A stretch of 64,000 nucleotides of DNA from assembly GCA_963802585.1 (NCBI GenBank), contig CAWDJS010000008.1, positions 8,940 to 72,939 of the forward strand. Reading direction: 5' to 3'. The notes below the pieces were generated by a model. It saw only the letters and a program-made list of their open reading frames with translations. It had not been told where the DNA came from and ran no database searches. The DNA is from an uncultured Alphaproteobacteria bacterium (GTDB lineage: Bacteria; Pseudomonadota; Alphaproteobacteria; Rhizobiales; Xanthobacteraceae). A program made the position numbers and the translations under genes. Below, in pieces: positions 52,742 to 60,602 of this stretch (its first letter is position 1; each line of letters begins with the position of its first letter).

Positions 52742-54013
52742 ATGACGGAACAGGCCCTGACGGCACCTATCGACAACGGACAGGAACTGCAGCGCGGCTT
52801 TTCCCGCTACCAGTCGGGCCTTGTCGCTCTCCTGGCCGTCGTCCAATTCACGATCATCCTCGACTTCATCATCATGTCGCCGCTCGGCGCGATCCTGATG
52901 CCCGCGCTGGACATCACGGCTGCGCAATTTGGCGTGGCGGTTTCCGCCTACGCTTTCAGCGCCGGCATTTCCGGTGTGCTCGCCGCAGGCTTTGCCGACC
53001 GGTTCGACCGCAAGCGTATCCTGCTGTTTTTCTATGTCGGCTTTACCGCCGGAGCGGCACTGTGTGCGCTGGCCCCGAACTATCACCTGCTTTTGCTGGG
53101 CCGGATCGTGACCGGGCTGTTCGGAGGCGTGGTCGGCTCCGTCGTGCTCGCCATCGTCACCGACCTCTTTCCCCTGCATCTGCGCGGCCGCGTGATGGGC
53201 TATGTGCAGACGGCGTTTGCGGCAAGCCAGGTGCTCGGTATTCCCGTCGGATTGTTTCTCGCCAACCGCTGGAACTGGCACGTCGCGTTCGGCGCGATCG
53301 TCGTCATGGCCATCGCCGTGATTGCAGCGATCCTGCTGCTGATGCGGCCAGTGAATGAGCATCTGCGGCTCAAGCAGGAGAGGAACGCGTTCGCGCATTT
53401 GATCGCGACCGTTGGAGAGCCCAGCTACACGTTGGCGTTTGGCGTGACCACCCTGCTGGCGACGGGCGGCTACATGCTGATGCCGTTCGGCAGCGCCTTC
53501 ACCGTACACAATCTCGGGATCGACATCGCGCACCTGCCGACGATCTATCTCGTATCCGGGCTCTTCAGCATCTTCACCGGTCCTCTCGTCGGCCGGGCCA
53601 GCGGTGCGTTTGGGAATTTTCCGACCTTCATGTTCGGCACCGCCATGTCGATCATCATGGTGACGATCTATACCCATCTCGGCCCGTCGACATTGACCGT
53701 CGTGATAACAGTCAACGTCCTGATGTTCGTCGGCATCTTCTCCCGCATGATCCCGTCGCAGGCGTTGATTTCAGCTATCCCCGCGCCGCATCAGCGCGGA
53801 TCGTTCAGCGCCATCAGCGCCTCGCTGCAGCAGCTTTCCGGCGGGCTCGGATCGGTGTTCGCCGCGGCGATCATCGCGCAGAATGCCGACGGCTCGCTCC
53901 GGCATTTCGACCGCCTCGGCTATGTCGTGGTCGGGACCTCGCTCGTCGCGCTGGTCGCGATGTACTTCGTGCAGAGGCAGGTGGCGAAGAAGGTCGCCGC
54001 GGCGGTCGTATGA
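52742..54013 (+). CDS. MFS transporter
   Basis: About 12 hydrophobic segments, motif A ADRFDRK and LRGRVMG. Confidence 0.92.
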   Translation: MTEQALTAPIDNGQELQRGFSRYQSGLVALLAVVQFTIILDFIIMSPLGAILMPALDITAAQFGVAVSAYAFSAGISGVLAAGFADRFDRKRILLFFYVGFTAGAALCALAPNYHLLLLGRIVTGLFGGVVGSVVLAIVTDLFPLHLRGRVMGYVQTAFAASQVLGIPVGLFLANRWNWHVAFGAIVVMAIAVIAAILLLMRPVNEHLRLKQERNAFAHLIATVGEPSYTLAFGVTTLLATGGYMLMPFGSAFTVHNLGIDIAHLPTIYLVSGLFSIFTGPLVGRASGAFGNFPTFMFGTAMSIIMVTIYTHLGPSTLTVVITVNVLMFVGIFSRMIPSQALISAIPAPHQRGSFSAISASLQQLSGGLGSVFAAAIIAQNADGSLRHFDRLGYVVVGTSLVALVAMYFVQRQVAKKVAAAVV

Positions 54014-54028
54014 GGTGAGACTTCGCGC

Positions 54029-54460
54029 CTATTTGCCGCGAAGTTGGCCGATCGCGCTGAGCCAGTTTTCCATGTGATAGGTTTTGGCGATCCTGCTGTC
54101 GCGAATGGTCTGGATGTCGACCGCCATGATGCGGAAGCTCCGGCCCGTATGCGGCACGCCGAACAACTCGCCCGCGGGCGTGCCGCTGACTTCGCCACGC
54201 ACGACGACGCGGTCGCCCGCGACCAGTACTTCCTTGATGTCGAAGCTCATGTCGGGAATCGTGTTGGCGAAATTCGCGACCACCTTGATCGAAGTCTCGC
54301 GGCCCCAGCATTCGCCAGGCAGATAGCCCGCGCAGGATTCGTAATCTTCCGTCAGCAGCGCCTCCTGGATGGCGCGGACATCGCCACGGCTCTTGATGTT
54401 GAACAGGCTGTACCAGGGCGCGATCACTTCGCGCGCCTGCTGTTCGCTGAGTTGGGTCAT
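54029..54460 (-). CDS. SnoaL-like ester cyclase (NTF2 fold)
   Basis: AGDRVVVR, GELFGVPHTGRSF and HMENW motifs. Start at MTQLS. Confidence 0.88.
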   Translation of the reverse strand: MTQLSEQQAREVIAPWYSLFNIKSRGDVRAIQEALLTEDYESCAGYLPGECWGRETSIKVVANFANTIPDMSFDIKEVLVAGDRVVVRGEVSGTPAGELFGVPHTGRSFRIMAVDIQTIRDSRIAKTYHMENWLSAIGQLRGK

Positions 54461-54474
54461 GCATGCTCGCTTAC

Positions 54475-54511
54475 TATGTAGGTCATCATACATGCTATGA
54501 CGGTCGACATA
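54475..54511. promoter_or_regulatory. Two inverted TATG-N8-CATA boxes between the ester cyclase and TetR genes
   Basis: TATGTAGGTCATCATA (54475-54490) and TATGACGGTCGACATA (54496-54511). Confidence 0.55.
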
Positions 54512-54537
54512 CCGATTTGCAACCGGTATTTTCGGCC

Positions 54538-55116
54538 ATGCCCAAGACCACTGATTCAAAAGGGAAAACGCTGTCCGCCGCAGCGAAGCTGTTTCGCCGG
54601 CAGGGTTTTCATGGCACCGCGCTGCACGACATTCTGGAAGCCAGCGGCTCGCCGCGAGGCTCGCTGTATTTCCACTTCCCAAAGGGCAAAGAGGAGATCG
54701 GCGAGGCGGCGCTGACGCTTGCGGGAGAAGCCGTTCGGCAAGCCATTGCCAACGCGGCGGACACCTCCGAAAGCGCGGAAGTCTTTGTGACCCGCGTGGC
54801 GCGCGGAATGGCGTCCGACCTCGAAAAATCCGGCTTTGCCGAGGGCTGCCCGATCGCGACCACCGCGCTCGAAACATCAGCGCAATCAGAAATGCTCGCG
54901 GCGGCGACGCGCGGGGCCTTTCAGAAATGGGAAGCCGAAATCGCGCGCGCCCTGCAACGCTTTGGCATGAAATCCGACAAGGCCAATCCTGCCGCGACAA
55001 CCGTGCTCAGCCAACTCGAGGGCGCGCTATTGCTGGCGCGGACCTATCGCAGCCTGGAGCCGATGCAGCGCGCCGAGGAGGCGCTAAAACTGTTGCTGCG
55101 CGGCTCGGCAGATTGA
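54538..55116 (+). CDS. TetR family regulator (LmrA/YxaF-like)
   Basis: QGFHGTALHDILEASGSPRGSLYFHFPKGKEE helix-turn-helix and a GCPIA motif. Confidence 0.92.
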   Translation: MPKTTDSKGKTLSAAAKLFRRQGFHGTALHDILEASGSPRGSLYFHFPKGKEEIGEAALTLAGEAVRQAIANAADTSESAEVFVTRVARGMASDLEKSGFAEGCPIATTALETSAQSEMLAAATRGAFQKWEAEIARALQRFGMKSDKANPAATTVLSQLEGALLLARTYRSLEPMQRAEEALKLLLRGSAD

Positions 55117-55169
55117 TTGCTCGGATTGGCTGGCTCACCGACCGCCCCCAGCCGGTTCAGGTCTGAAGG

Positions 55170-55328
55170 TCAGGCCGATTTCGATTCCACCGATTTCGGC
55201 GGCTGCAGGCCAGGGCTGTTGGCCCAGCGCTCAAGATTCTCGATGACCTTCTGGTGGCTCGGGCGGCGCGGCTTGGGGGCCTTAGGCTCGTCCGACAGCT
55301 TGCGAAGCAGCTTGAGTTCCTCAGACAT
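55170..55328 (-). CDS. Small basic hypothetical protein (52 aa)
   Basis: MSEELKLLRKLSDEPKAPKPRRPSHQKVIENLERWANSPGLQPPK..., with a GGAGAAT RBS. Confidence 0.6.
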   Translation of the reverse strand: MSEELKLLRKLSDEPKAPKPRRPSHQKVIENLERWANSPGLQPPKSVESKSA

Positions 55329-55460
55329 GGCTATTCTCCATGTCCGCAGCATGCGCCTCCGCCAGACCGAAATCAACACCTAACTTATTGTTTTTATTGT
55401 GTAATTCGACTAATTTGGCAGCGTCGGCTGGATTCACGGAACCAACGCCCACTTACAAAG

Positions 55461-55477
55461 TTGAGTAAATTACTCAA
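55461..55477. promoter_or_regulatory. Perfect palindrome in a divergent promoter region
   Basis: TTGAGTAA-A-TTACTCAA. Confidence 0.55.
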
Positions 55478-55500
55478 TCGGCAAAAATTGGGTGTTTCCG

Positions 55501-55746
55501 ATGAACAGTGACATGAGGGGTGAACGGCTGCAGGTCATGCTCTCGCCGGAGGAGCTCTCAGCCGTCGACGACTTTCGCTTCAAGTATCGCATGCCGACCC
55601 GCGCCGCAGCCGTGCGCGAGCTGTTGAAGCTCGGGTTGACGGTCGCCGTTTCCGATGCGGGCGGCGGCATGAAATCAAGCAATTACGGCGTGTTCAGCCG
55701 CGGCCCTGAAAGCCACAAGCAGAACGGCGGCAGTGCGGAGGATTAG
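55501..55746 (+). CDS. Small ribbon-helix-helix/CopG-like DNA-binding protein
   Basis: RLQVMLSPEELSAVDDFRFKYRMPTRAAAVRELL, a beta-strand-helix-helix pattern. Start uncertain (55492, 55501 or 55513). Confidence 0.7.
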   Translation: MNSDMRGERLQVMLSPEELSAVDDFRFKYRMPTRAAAVRELLKLGLTVAVSDAGGGMKSSNYGVFSRGPESHKQNGGSAED

Positions 55747-55809
55747 CGCGCGGCATGGCTGCGCGCCTTAGCGCCATTTGCATCTCAGCGATTCGGAGCT
55801 TGAGAGGCG

Positions 55810-55909
55810 TGGTGCCCAGGAAAGGATTGTCGGGCACCGTGCGTAAAACAAGCAAAATCAATGACTTAACGTCAACGCCCTTGTCTCGTTTGTACCAAGG
55901 AAATGTACC
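55810..55909 (-). mobile_element. att-like junction: degenerate tRNA 3'-end copy plus flanking repeats
   Basis: The minus strand reads AATCCTTTCCTGGGCACCA (tRNA-Leu-like T-arm/acceptor end). Next to it are AAAATCAATGACTTA and a TGTACC direct repeat (55891, 55904). Base composition shifts from here. Confidence 0.6.
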
Positions 55910-56033
55910 GTTGTCGACCGACGCCGCACTTGACGGTCCGCCGGCATCTGACGTCCAAACCACGCACCAAGCCGGCCCATCCGCCAGGCTGACCAACTTT
56001 ATGCCAAAGCGGCGCTCGACTAAGAGGCGATGA

Positions 56034-56210
56034 TCACTCTGGCAGCCCCGCTCTTCGCAGGCCGACTATCAATCTCGCACTCTGTTCCGAGTGACGAAAC
56101 GGCATTCGTTTCTTCAGCTGAGAAATGCATTGGATGGGATCGAGCTCACGAATGCGCGCTATCGTCCTTTTCGCTCGATGCATGGCTCCAACTAAAGCGC
56201 TGCTCGTGGC
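56034..56210 (-). pseudogene. C-terminal remnant of a TPR-containing adenylate/guanylate cyclase or CadC-like regulator
   Basis: ATSSALVGAMHRAKRTIARIRELDP...ISQLKKRMPFR....ARLIVGLRRAGLPE resembles the typical C-terminus of that family. No upstream body is present. Confidence 0.6.
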
Positions 56211-56389
56211 GCCGGGGCCACACCTGTCGGGGATGGAGGTAGTAAAATCAAAACGGGAGAGGTGGGCAAGGGGATGGTCCTTTTGACTTTTCCCAACCTC
56301 CGAATGTCGCACGGAGATCAGTCATTGAAGCTAGATTTATCTATCAGAACCGATCGGATGGCCGATTTTACGATGCGTCCACGGGAGAA

Positions 56390-56728
56390 ATGCGCGGCGG
56401 TCCTGATAAGGTGATTGTGTACGTCAATGGCCTCCTTTGCGCGATGGATCGCGAGTCAAAGATCGTCATACCCGTTTCGCGATGGAAACTGATGGAGATC
56501 GGCGCTGCCTGCTTTTTTGCGGCGCTCAAAGCTAAGGGCGCAGCGTCCGGTTCGCTTAAGTCTGTGCCCGTTCCTGCACCACCTCCAGCACTTCCCGAAG
56601 CCGTCGACGAGTATCTCTCGCGCAGCCTCGACGACGACGAAAGGGCACCCCCGGAAGCTATACATCAGGAGAGATCCGAACCCGAATGGGAGCATCTCTT
56701 GCGGGAAATGCGCAATCTATCTCGATAA
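56390..56728 (+). CDS. Hypothetical protein (112 aa)
   Basis: ATG preceded by GGGAGA. No family recognised. Confidence 0.45.
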   Translation: MRGGPDKVIVYVNGLLCAMDRESKIVIPVSRWKLMEIGAACFFAALKAKGAASGSLKSVPVPAPPPALPEAVDEYLSRSLDDDERAPPEAIHQERSEPEWEHLLREMRNLSR

Positions 56729-56746
56729 TAGATGGAGCTTTGGGCC

Positions 56747-56953
56747 GTGCGAATGATCATTCTGGCTTGCCTTATTCTAGCGATCGCGTCGGTGTCACCG
56801 GCCGATGCTCGCAGTCACCGGCACGCCTATCCTGGCAAGCGGCCAGCGGCTCAGACCACGCAGGCAGACGACAAGACGGCAGCGGAGAAGGCGTCCGCCG
56901 ATACGGACGAAGCTCTGGACAAGCGGATGAAGAGCATCTGCCGCGGCTGCTAG
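56747..56953 (+). CDS. Small secreted peptide ending in ICRGC
   Basis: Signal peptide with an ADA cleavage motif and a C-terminal KSICRGC. GTG start 9 nt after GGAG. Confidence 0.7.
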   Translation: MRMIILACLILAIASVSPADARSHRHAYPGKRPAAQTTQADDKTAAEKASADTDEALDKRMKSICRGC

Positions 56954-57137
56954 AGATAAAGGCCGCGCCCGCCTCGTTTCTGGGTGATTGTAGCAGAACG
57001 CAGCCAGCAGCAGCACGCCCCCCGCGGCGTTTGCCCAAGCTGTCGCTGAGCCAGAGTTAACGATTTCGAGCTATGTGCAGGCTGGAGCGTTTCTTGACTG
57101 AGAAGATCATGTTGCGTGCGCGTGGGGACAGCTGCTG

Positions 57138-57335
57138 TTGCGAGGTGCCGTGAGTCTGGGGGTCGTCGCCGTGACAGCGCTCTGCTTGACCGGGTTCTTA
57201 TCTTTGATCGCGACGAGTTTTCAGCCGAAAAAGCAAGCGGTCGCTGAAACGATCACTACCGGCAACTGTAAGCCCGGCCATTGCCGTCCCAAGACAAGCA
57301 ACGGGCGCCAGGTCGTTGCCGCAAAAGCCCAATAG
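57138..57335 (+). CDS. Small membrane-anchored hypothetical peptide (65 aa)
   Basis: N-terminal hydrophobic helix and a CKPGHC motif. Confidence 0.4.
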   Translation: MRGAVSLGVVAVTALCLTGFLSLIATSFQPKKQAVAETITTGNCKPGHCRPKTSNGRQVVAAKAQ

Positions 57336-57419
57336 AGCCCTGAAGACGCTTCGACGTTCGAGCGCATCCGCCGTTCCTACCCGCGCTCCCGACGTGGAGC
57401 GTATAGGAACACTTGCCTA

Positions 57420-57518
57420 TCAGATGACAGACGCCCAAGTGCCGGCGCCAGCCGCTGCGATCATTATGGTAATAAAAATTGCCGCTTCGATTGGCGACAA
57501 AGTCCATGGGGTGCGCAT
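57420..57518 (-). CDS. 32-aa hydrophobic peptide
   Basis: MRTPWTLSPIEAAIFITIMIAAAGAGTWASVI, with GGAG 8 nt upstream of the ATG. Confidence 0.45.
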   Translation of the reverse strand: MRTPWTLSPIEAAIFITIMIAAAGAGTWASVI

Positions 57519-57852
57519 GTGGATAACTCCGGTATTTGTCGCCCCATTCGACAAAATAGCTTTTGATTTTGAAAAAGTTATGAAGGGCCTGTACAGGCCG
57601 TCCTTTGGGCGCCACCTGTGGAGAAGTCGCGCGCCTATACCGTGTCCATCGTTGCGGCATCGTATCCATCGCGGCCCGCCCGGGGGTTGCTTTGATGAGG
57701 TTGCATCGTCAGGCCATTTGGTGGTGTGCGGGCGGCGATCCAGGGCGGCATTGCGACCGGGTTGCGAACTAAGGTAGCGGCACGTCTTTTGGCATGGCCG
57801 CCTTCTGCAGCTCGGCCGCGCCGCTCGAACCAGCGACGAGGACTTTTGTCGC

Positions 57853-59109
57853 TCAAGCAGCGGCGGCGCAGCATGAGAGCAAGGCTCGCTGCTGACGTAT
57901 CCAGATTTCGAGATCGGCGACGAGCGGCCTCGACTTCTCACGACGTACGGCAAGCCGCTGTTCCGGCGTTTTGCCGTTGATAGTGCGCTCGATCTCGAAC
58001 AGAACATCGATGCGCCGCACGGCCTCGCTGGCAATCGGTGCCTCTCCCGATTTCGCCAGGTCGAAGAACTTTCTGCGGCCGTGGCTCCAGCAGGCGGCTT
58101 CAAGGATTGGGGCCGGCTTTCTTTGAGCCTTATAGAGCTGGTTGTATCCATCAAAGGCATCGGCCTGCATGAGGCCCACATAGCCAGCGAGATGGCTTTG
58201 CGGATGCTCTCCAGCCCGGTTGCGTGAGTAGTAGAACAAGGCTGCCGGCGGATCCGTGCTGCCAAACGGCCGGTCATCGCGAACATAGGTCCAAATCCGG
58301 CCGGTGACAGTCTTCAGTTTCGCGAGTACGGGCACCGTCGTGTCATCGGCGTGGATACGCTCCGCGCTCATGACGTGGGTCCGGATCGCCTCAATAATGG
58401 GATCGAGCGCCACCACGCAGGCGCCGACCCGATCCGCCAGGGTCGAGACATCGATCTCGATCCCTTCGCGGGCATAGGTCTTGCTCTGGCGGTTCAACGG
58501 TTGATGCAGCAGGAACTTGTTGACCAGCACCATCGCCAGCAGGTTCGGTCCGGCAAAGCCGCGCGGGATCGGATGGGAGGGCGCCGGCGCCTCGGTGATC
58601 GCCTCGCAATCCCGGCAGGAGAACTTTTCGCGGACGTGCTCGATAACCTTCCAGCGCCGCGGCTCGCATTCCAGGGTCTTCGATACCACCTCGCCGAGCT
58701 TGTGCAGCCGCTCGCTGCCGCATTTGCCGCACGCGCAAGGCGCCGGTTCGACGATGCGTTCGACCGGCAGGTTATCTGGCAGGGGACGTCGGGGCGGCCG
58801 CGGATTTTGCGAACGCTTCTGTTTGGCGGCTTCTGGTGCTGCGATCTCGGCCTTGGTTTCCTGCTCCGCCTGGGTCTCTTCAAGATCCTCGATGGCGAGT
58901 TCGAGCTGCTCGACCAGCAGCTTGCCGCGTTCGGAGGATTGCCCGAACTGCTCGCGCCGCGCCTTGGCCAGCATCAGCTTCAGCCGTTCGATTTCCAGCC
59001 GGCCGACCGTCACTTCGCTCTTCGCCAATGTCAGCTGTTCGCGCTGCGCAATGATCATCGCATGCGCAGCGGCAAGGTCGGCGGGAAGCGGATCGGAGGG
59101 CGTCGTCAC
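57853..59109 (-). pseudogene. tnpC: IS66 transposase TnpC, C-terminally truncated
   Basis: REQFGQSSE, the Cys finger, HADDTTV, QADAFDGY and CWSHGRRKF are present. The NNAAER third catalytic segment is missing. Confidence 0.88.
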
Positions 59110-59179
59110 GATGACGAATCAATCATATTCGCCGTAAAAAATCCCACCAGATTGCTGTCGTAAGTCAAAAAGCCACAGC

Positions 59180-59527
59180 TTAACCGGAAGCCTGCGGACG
59201 CCATGTTGCCTGCGGCATGCGCCAGTCGATTCCCGACAGGAGATAGGATAGTTGCGCAACGCTGATCGTGATAACGCCGTCCGCAAGCGATGGCCACAGA
59301 AAGCGGCCGCGCTCCAACCGCTTCGTGAACAGGCACGCGCCCTGGCCGTCATGCCAAATGATCTTGACCAGGTCGCCGCGGCGGCCCCTAAAAACATAGA
59401 GATCACCAGCGTGCGGATCCCGCTTCAAGCCCTCCTGAACCAAACGCGCAAGGCTCGGGAATCCGCGGCGCATATCGGTATGGCCGGTCGCAAGCCATAC
59501 CCGTACATTGCCCGGTATGGCAATCAT
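59180..59527 (-). CDS. tnpB: IS66 accessory protein TnpB
   Basis: VWLATGHTDMRRGF, YVFRGRRGDLVK, KRLERGRF and LLSGIDWR motifs. Confidence 0.95.
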   Translation of the reverse strand: MIAIPGNVRVWLATGHTDMRRGFPSLARLVQEGLKRDPHAGDLYVFRGRRGDLVKIIWHDGQGACLFTKRLERGRFLWPSLADGVITISVAQLSYLLSGIDWRMPQATWRPQASG

Positions 59528-59922
59528 CGGCGCTCAAGCACCGCAAGGACCCGAGCCAGCGCATCCGGGTCGACGTGCGCATCCACCCGGATGCGTCGTC
59601 GGTTGCCAAGATCGATCTCGATCAATCCAATCCGGGCGACTGCCACCGATCGCACCCGCCTGTCATCCTCGGGCAAAACCTTCGCAGTTTCCTCGAGCGC
59701 TTCCGCGGCCGCGATCTGCACCGGCGCAAAACACGGTCCAGCCTGCTCCACCGTCCGAGCCTGTCGACGCCAGGTGAACACCACGCTCGCCGCTACCCCG
59801 TTGCGACGGGCGACCTCCGTCACCTTCGCGCCCGGCGCCAGCGTCTCCTCGACAATCCGCGCCTTGTCATCCTGCGACCAGCGCCGCCGCCGCTCCAACC
59901 CGCCCAAAACCTCGACCCGCAT
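59524..59922 (-). CDS. tnpA: IS66 accessory protein TnpA (HTH)
   Basis: RRRRWSQDDKARIVEE...VARRNG....VFTWRR motif. Confidence 0.93.
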   Translation of the reverse strand: MRVEVLGGLERRRRWSQDDKARIVEETLAPGAKVTEVARRNGVAASVVFTWRRQARTVEQAGPCFAPVQIAAAEALEETAKVLPEDDRRVRSVAVARIGLIEIDLGNRRRIRVDAHVDPDALARVLAVLERR

Positions 59923-60026
59923 CGCTTGATGACCTTAAAGCTAGACTTAAGGTCACACGCTTCGCGAAATACCACGCCTCAGACAAGACGGCGCTCGTCG
60001 GATGCGTACCTCCGTTCATCAACCTC

Positions 60027-60359
60027 ATGACAATTGAAAAAGGCGCGGTACGCCTGATAACGGTATCCCGTCCAAACGAACAAGAACTCGCTCGTGAACT
60101 CATTATGACATTATCTAATCCGCGTGGGATGCACTTCACGCCGGCGAGCGCTCCAATTGTGCTAAGACGTGTCGCGGTCGAGATACCTCGACTTGGCTTT
60201 CTCCGGCCGAACTCACCTGACTATGAATCCTACCGTCGAGAACTCGAAACGGTGATCCCCGCCTTCGGTTTGTTGAGCATGGTTCCACGACCAGCCGCCG
60301 AGCCCGAGCTGGGTTCTTCTAGATCGGCGGAGGACATTCACCTGTCCATCGTGAGGTGA
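60027..60359 (+). CDS. Hypothetical protein or fragment adjacent to the IS66 left end
   Basis: 110-aa ORF starting 18 bp outside the IS end. No family recognised. Confidence 0.35.
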   Translation: MTIEKGAVRLITVSRPNEQELARELIMTLSNPRGMHFTPASAPIVLRRVAVEIPRLGFLRPNSPDYESYRRELETVIPAFGLLSMVPRPAAEPELGSSRSAEDIHLSIVR

Positions 60360-60602
60360 TCGGGCGTGGCGGCGGCATCATCACGTTCACACAAACTGAG
60401 GTCAAAGCGTCCAGCCTCGTCAGCAACGAGCCAAGATCACGCCTGAGCTTTGGCGAAAGGCCAACATTGTGTTAATCGGCATCCTAACATCGGTGGGGCT
60501 TTTACACAGGCTGGACCCTTAGCTGACACTGCGTGATGAACGTAGGTGTAAGTCGCGGACATACACAGCCCTTAACTGCCGGCGGTGTATTTCCGCCGGA
60601 GA

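Larger units (their letters stand above)
57874..60009 (-). mobile_element. IS66-family insertion sequence, right end deleted
   Basis: tnpA-tnpB-tnpC order. Left end GTACGCATCCGACGAGCGCC at 60009. TnpC homology stops at ~57874 and no matching right inverted repeat was seen. Confidence 0.9.

Noticed and set aside
55810-55838. Complete tRNA gene at the island junction
   Set aside because: Only about 19 nt of 3'-end similarity. No D-arm or anticodon arm can be folded, so it is treated as an att remnant.
57519-58286. 288-aa minus-strand ORF 57420-58286 as a real gene
   Set aside because: Most of it is an alternate frame of IS66 tnpC running across the truncation junction. Only the last 32 codons have their own RBS.
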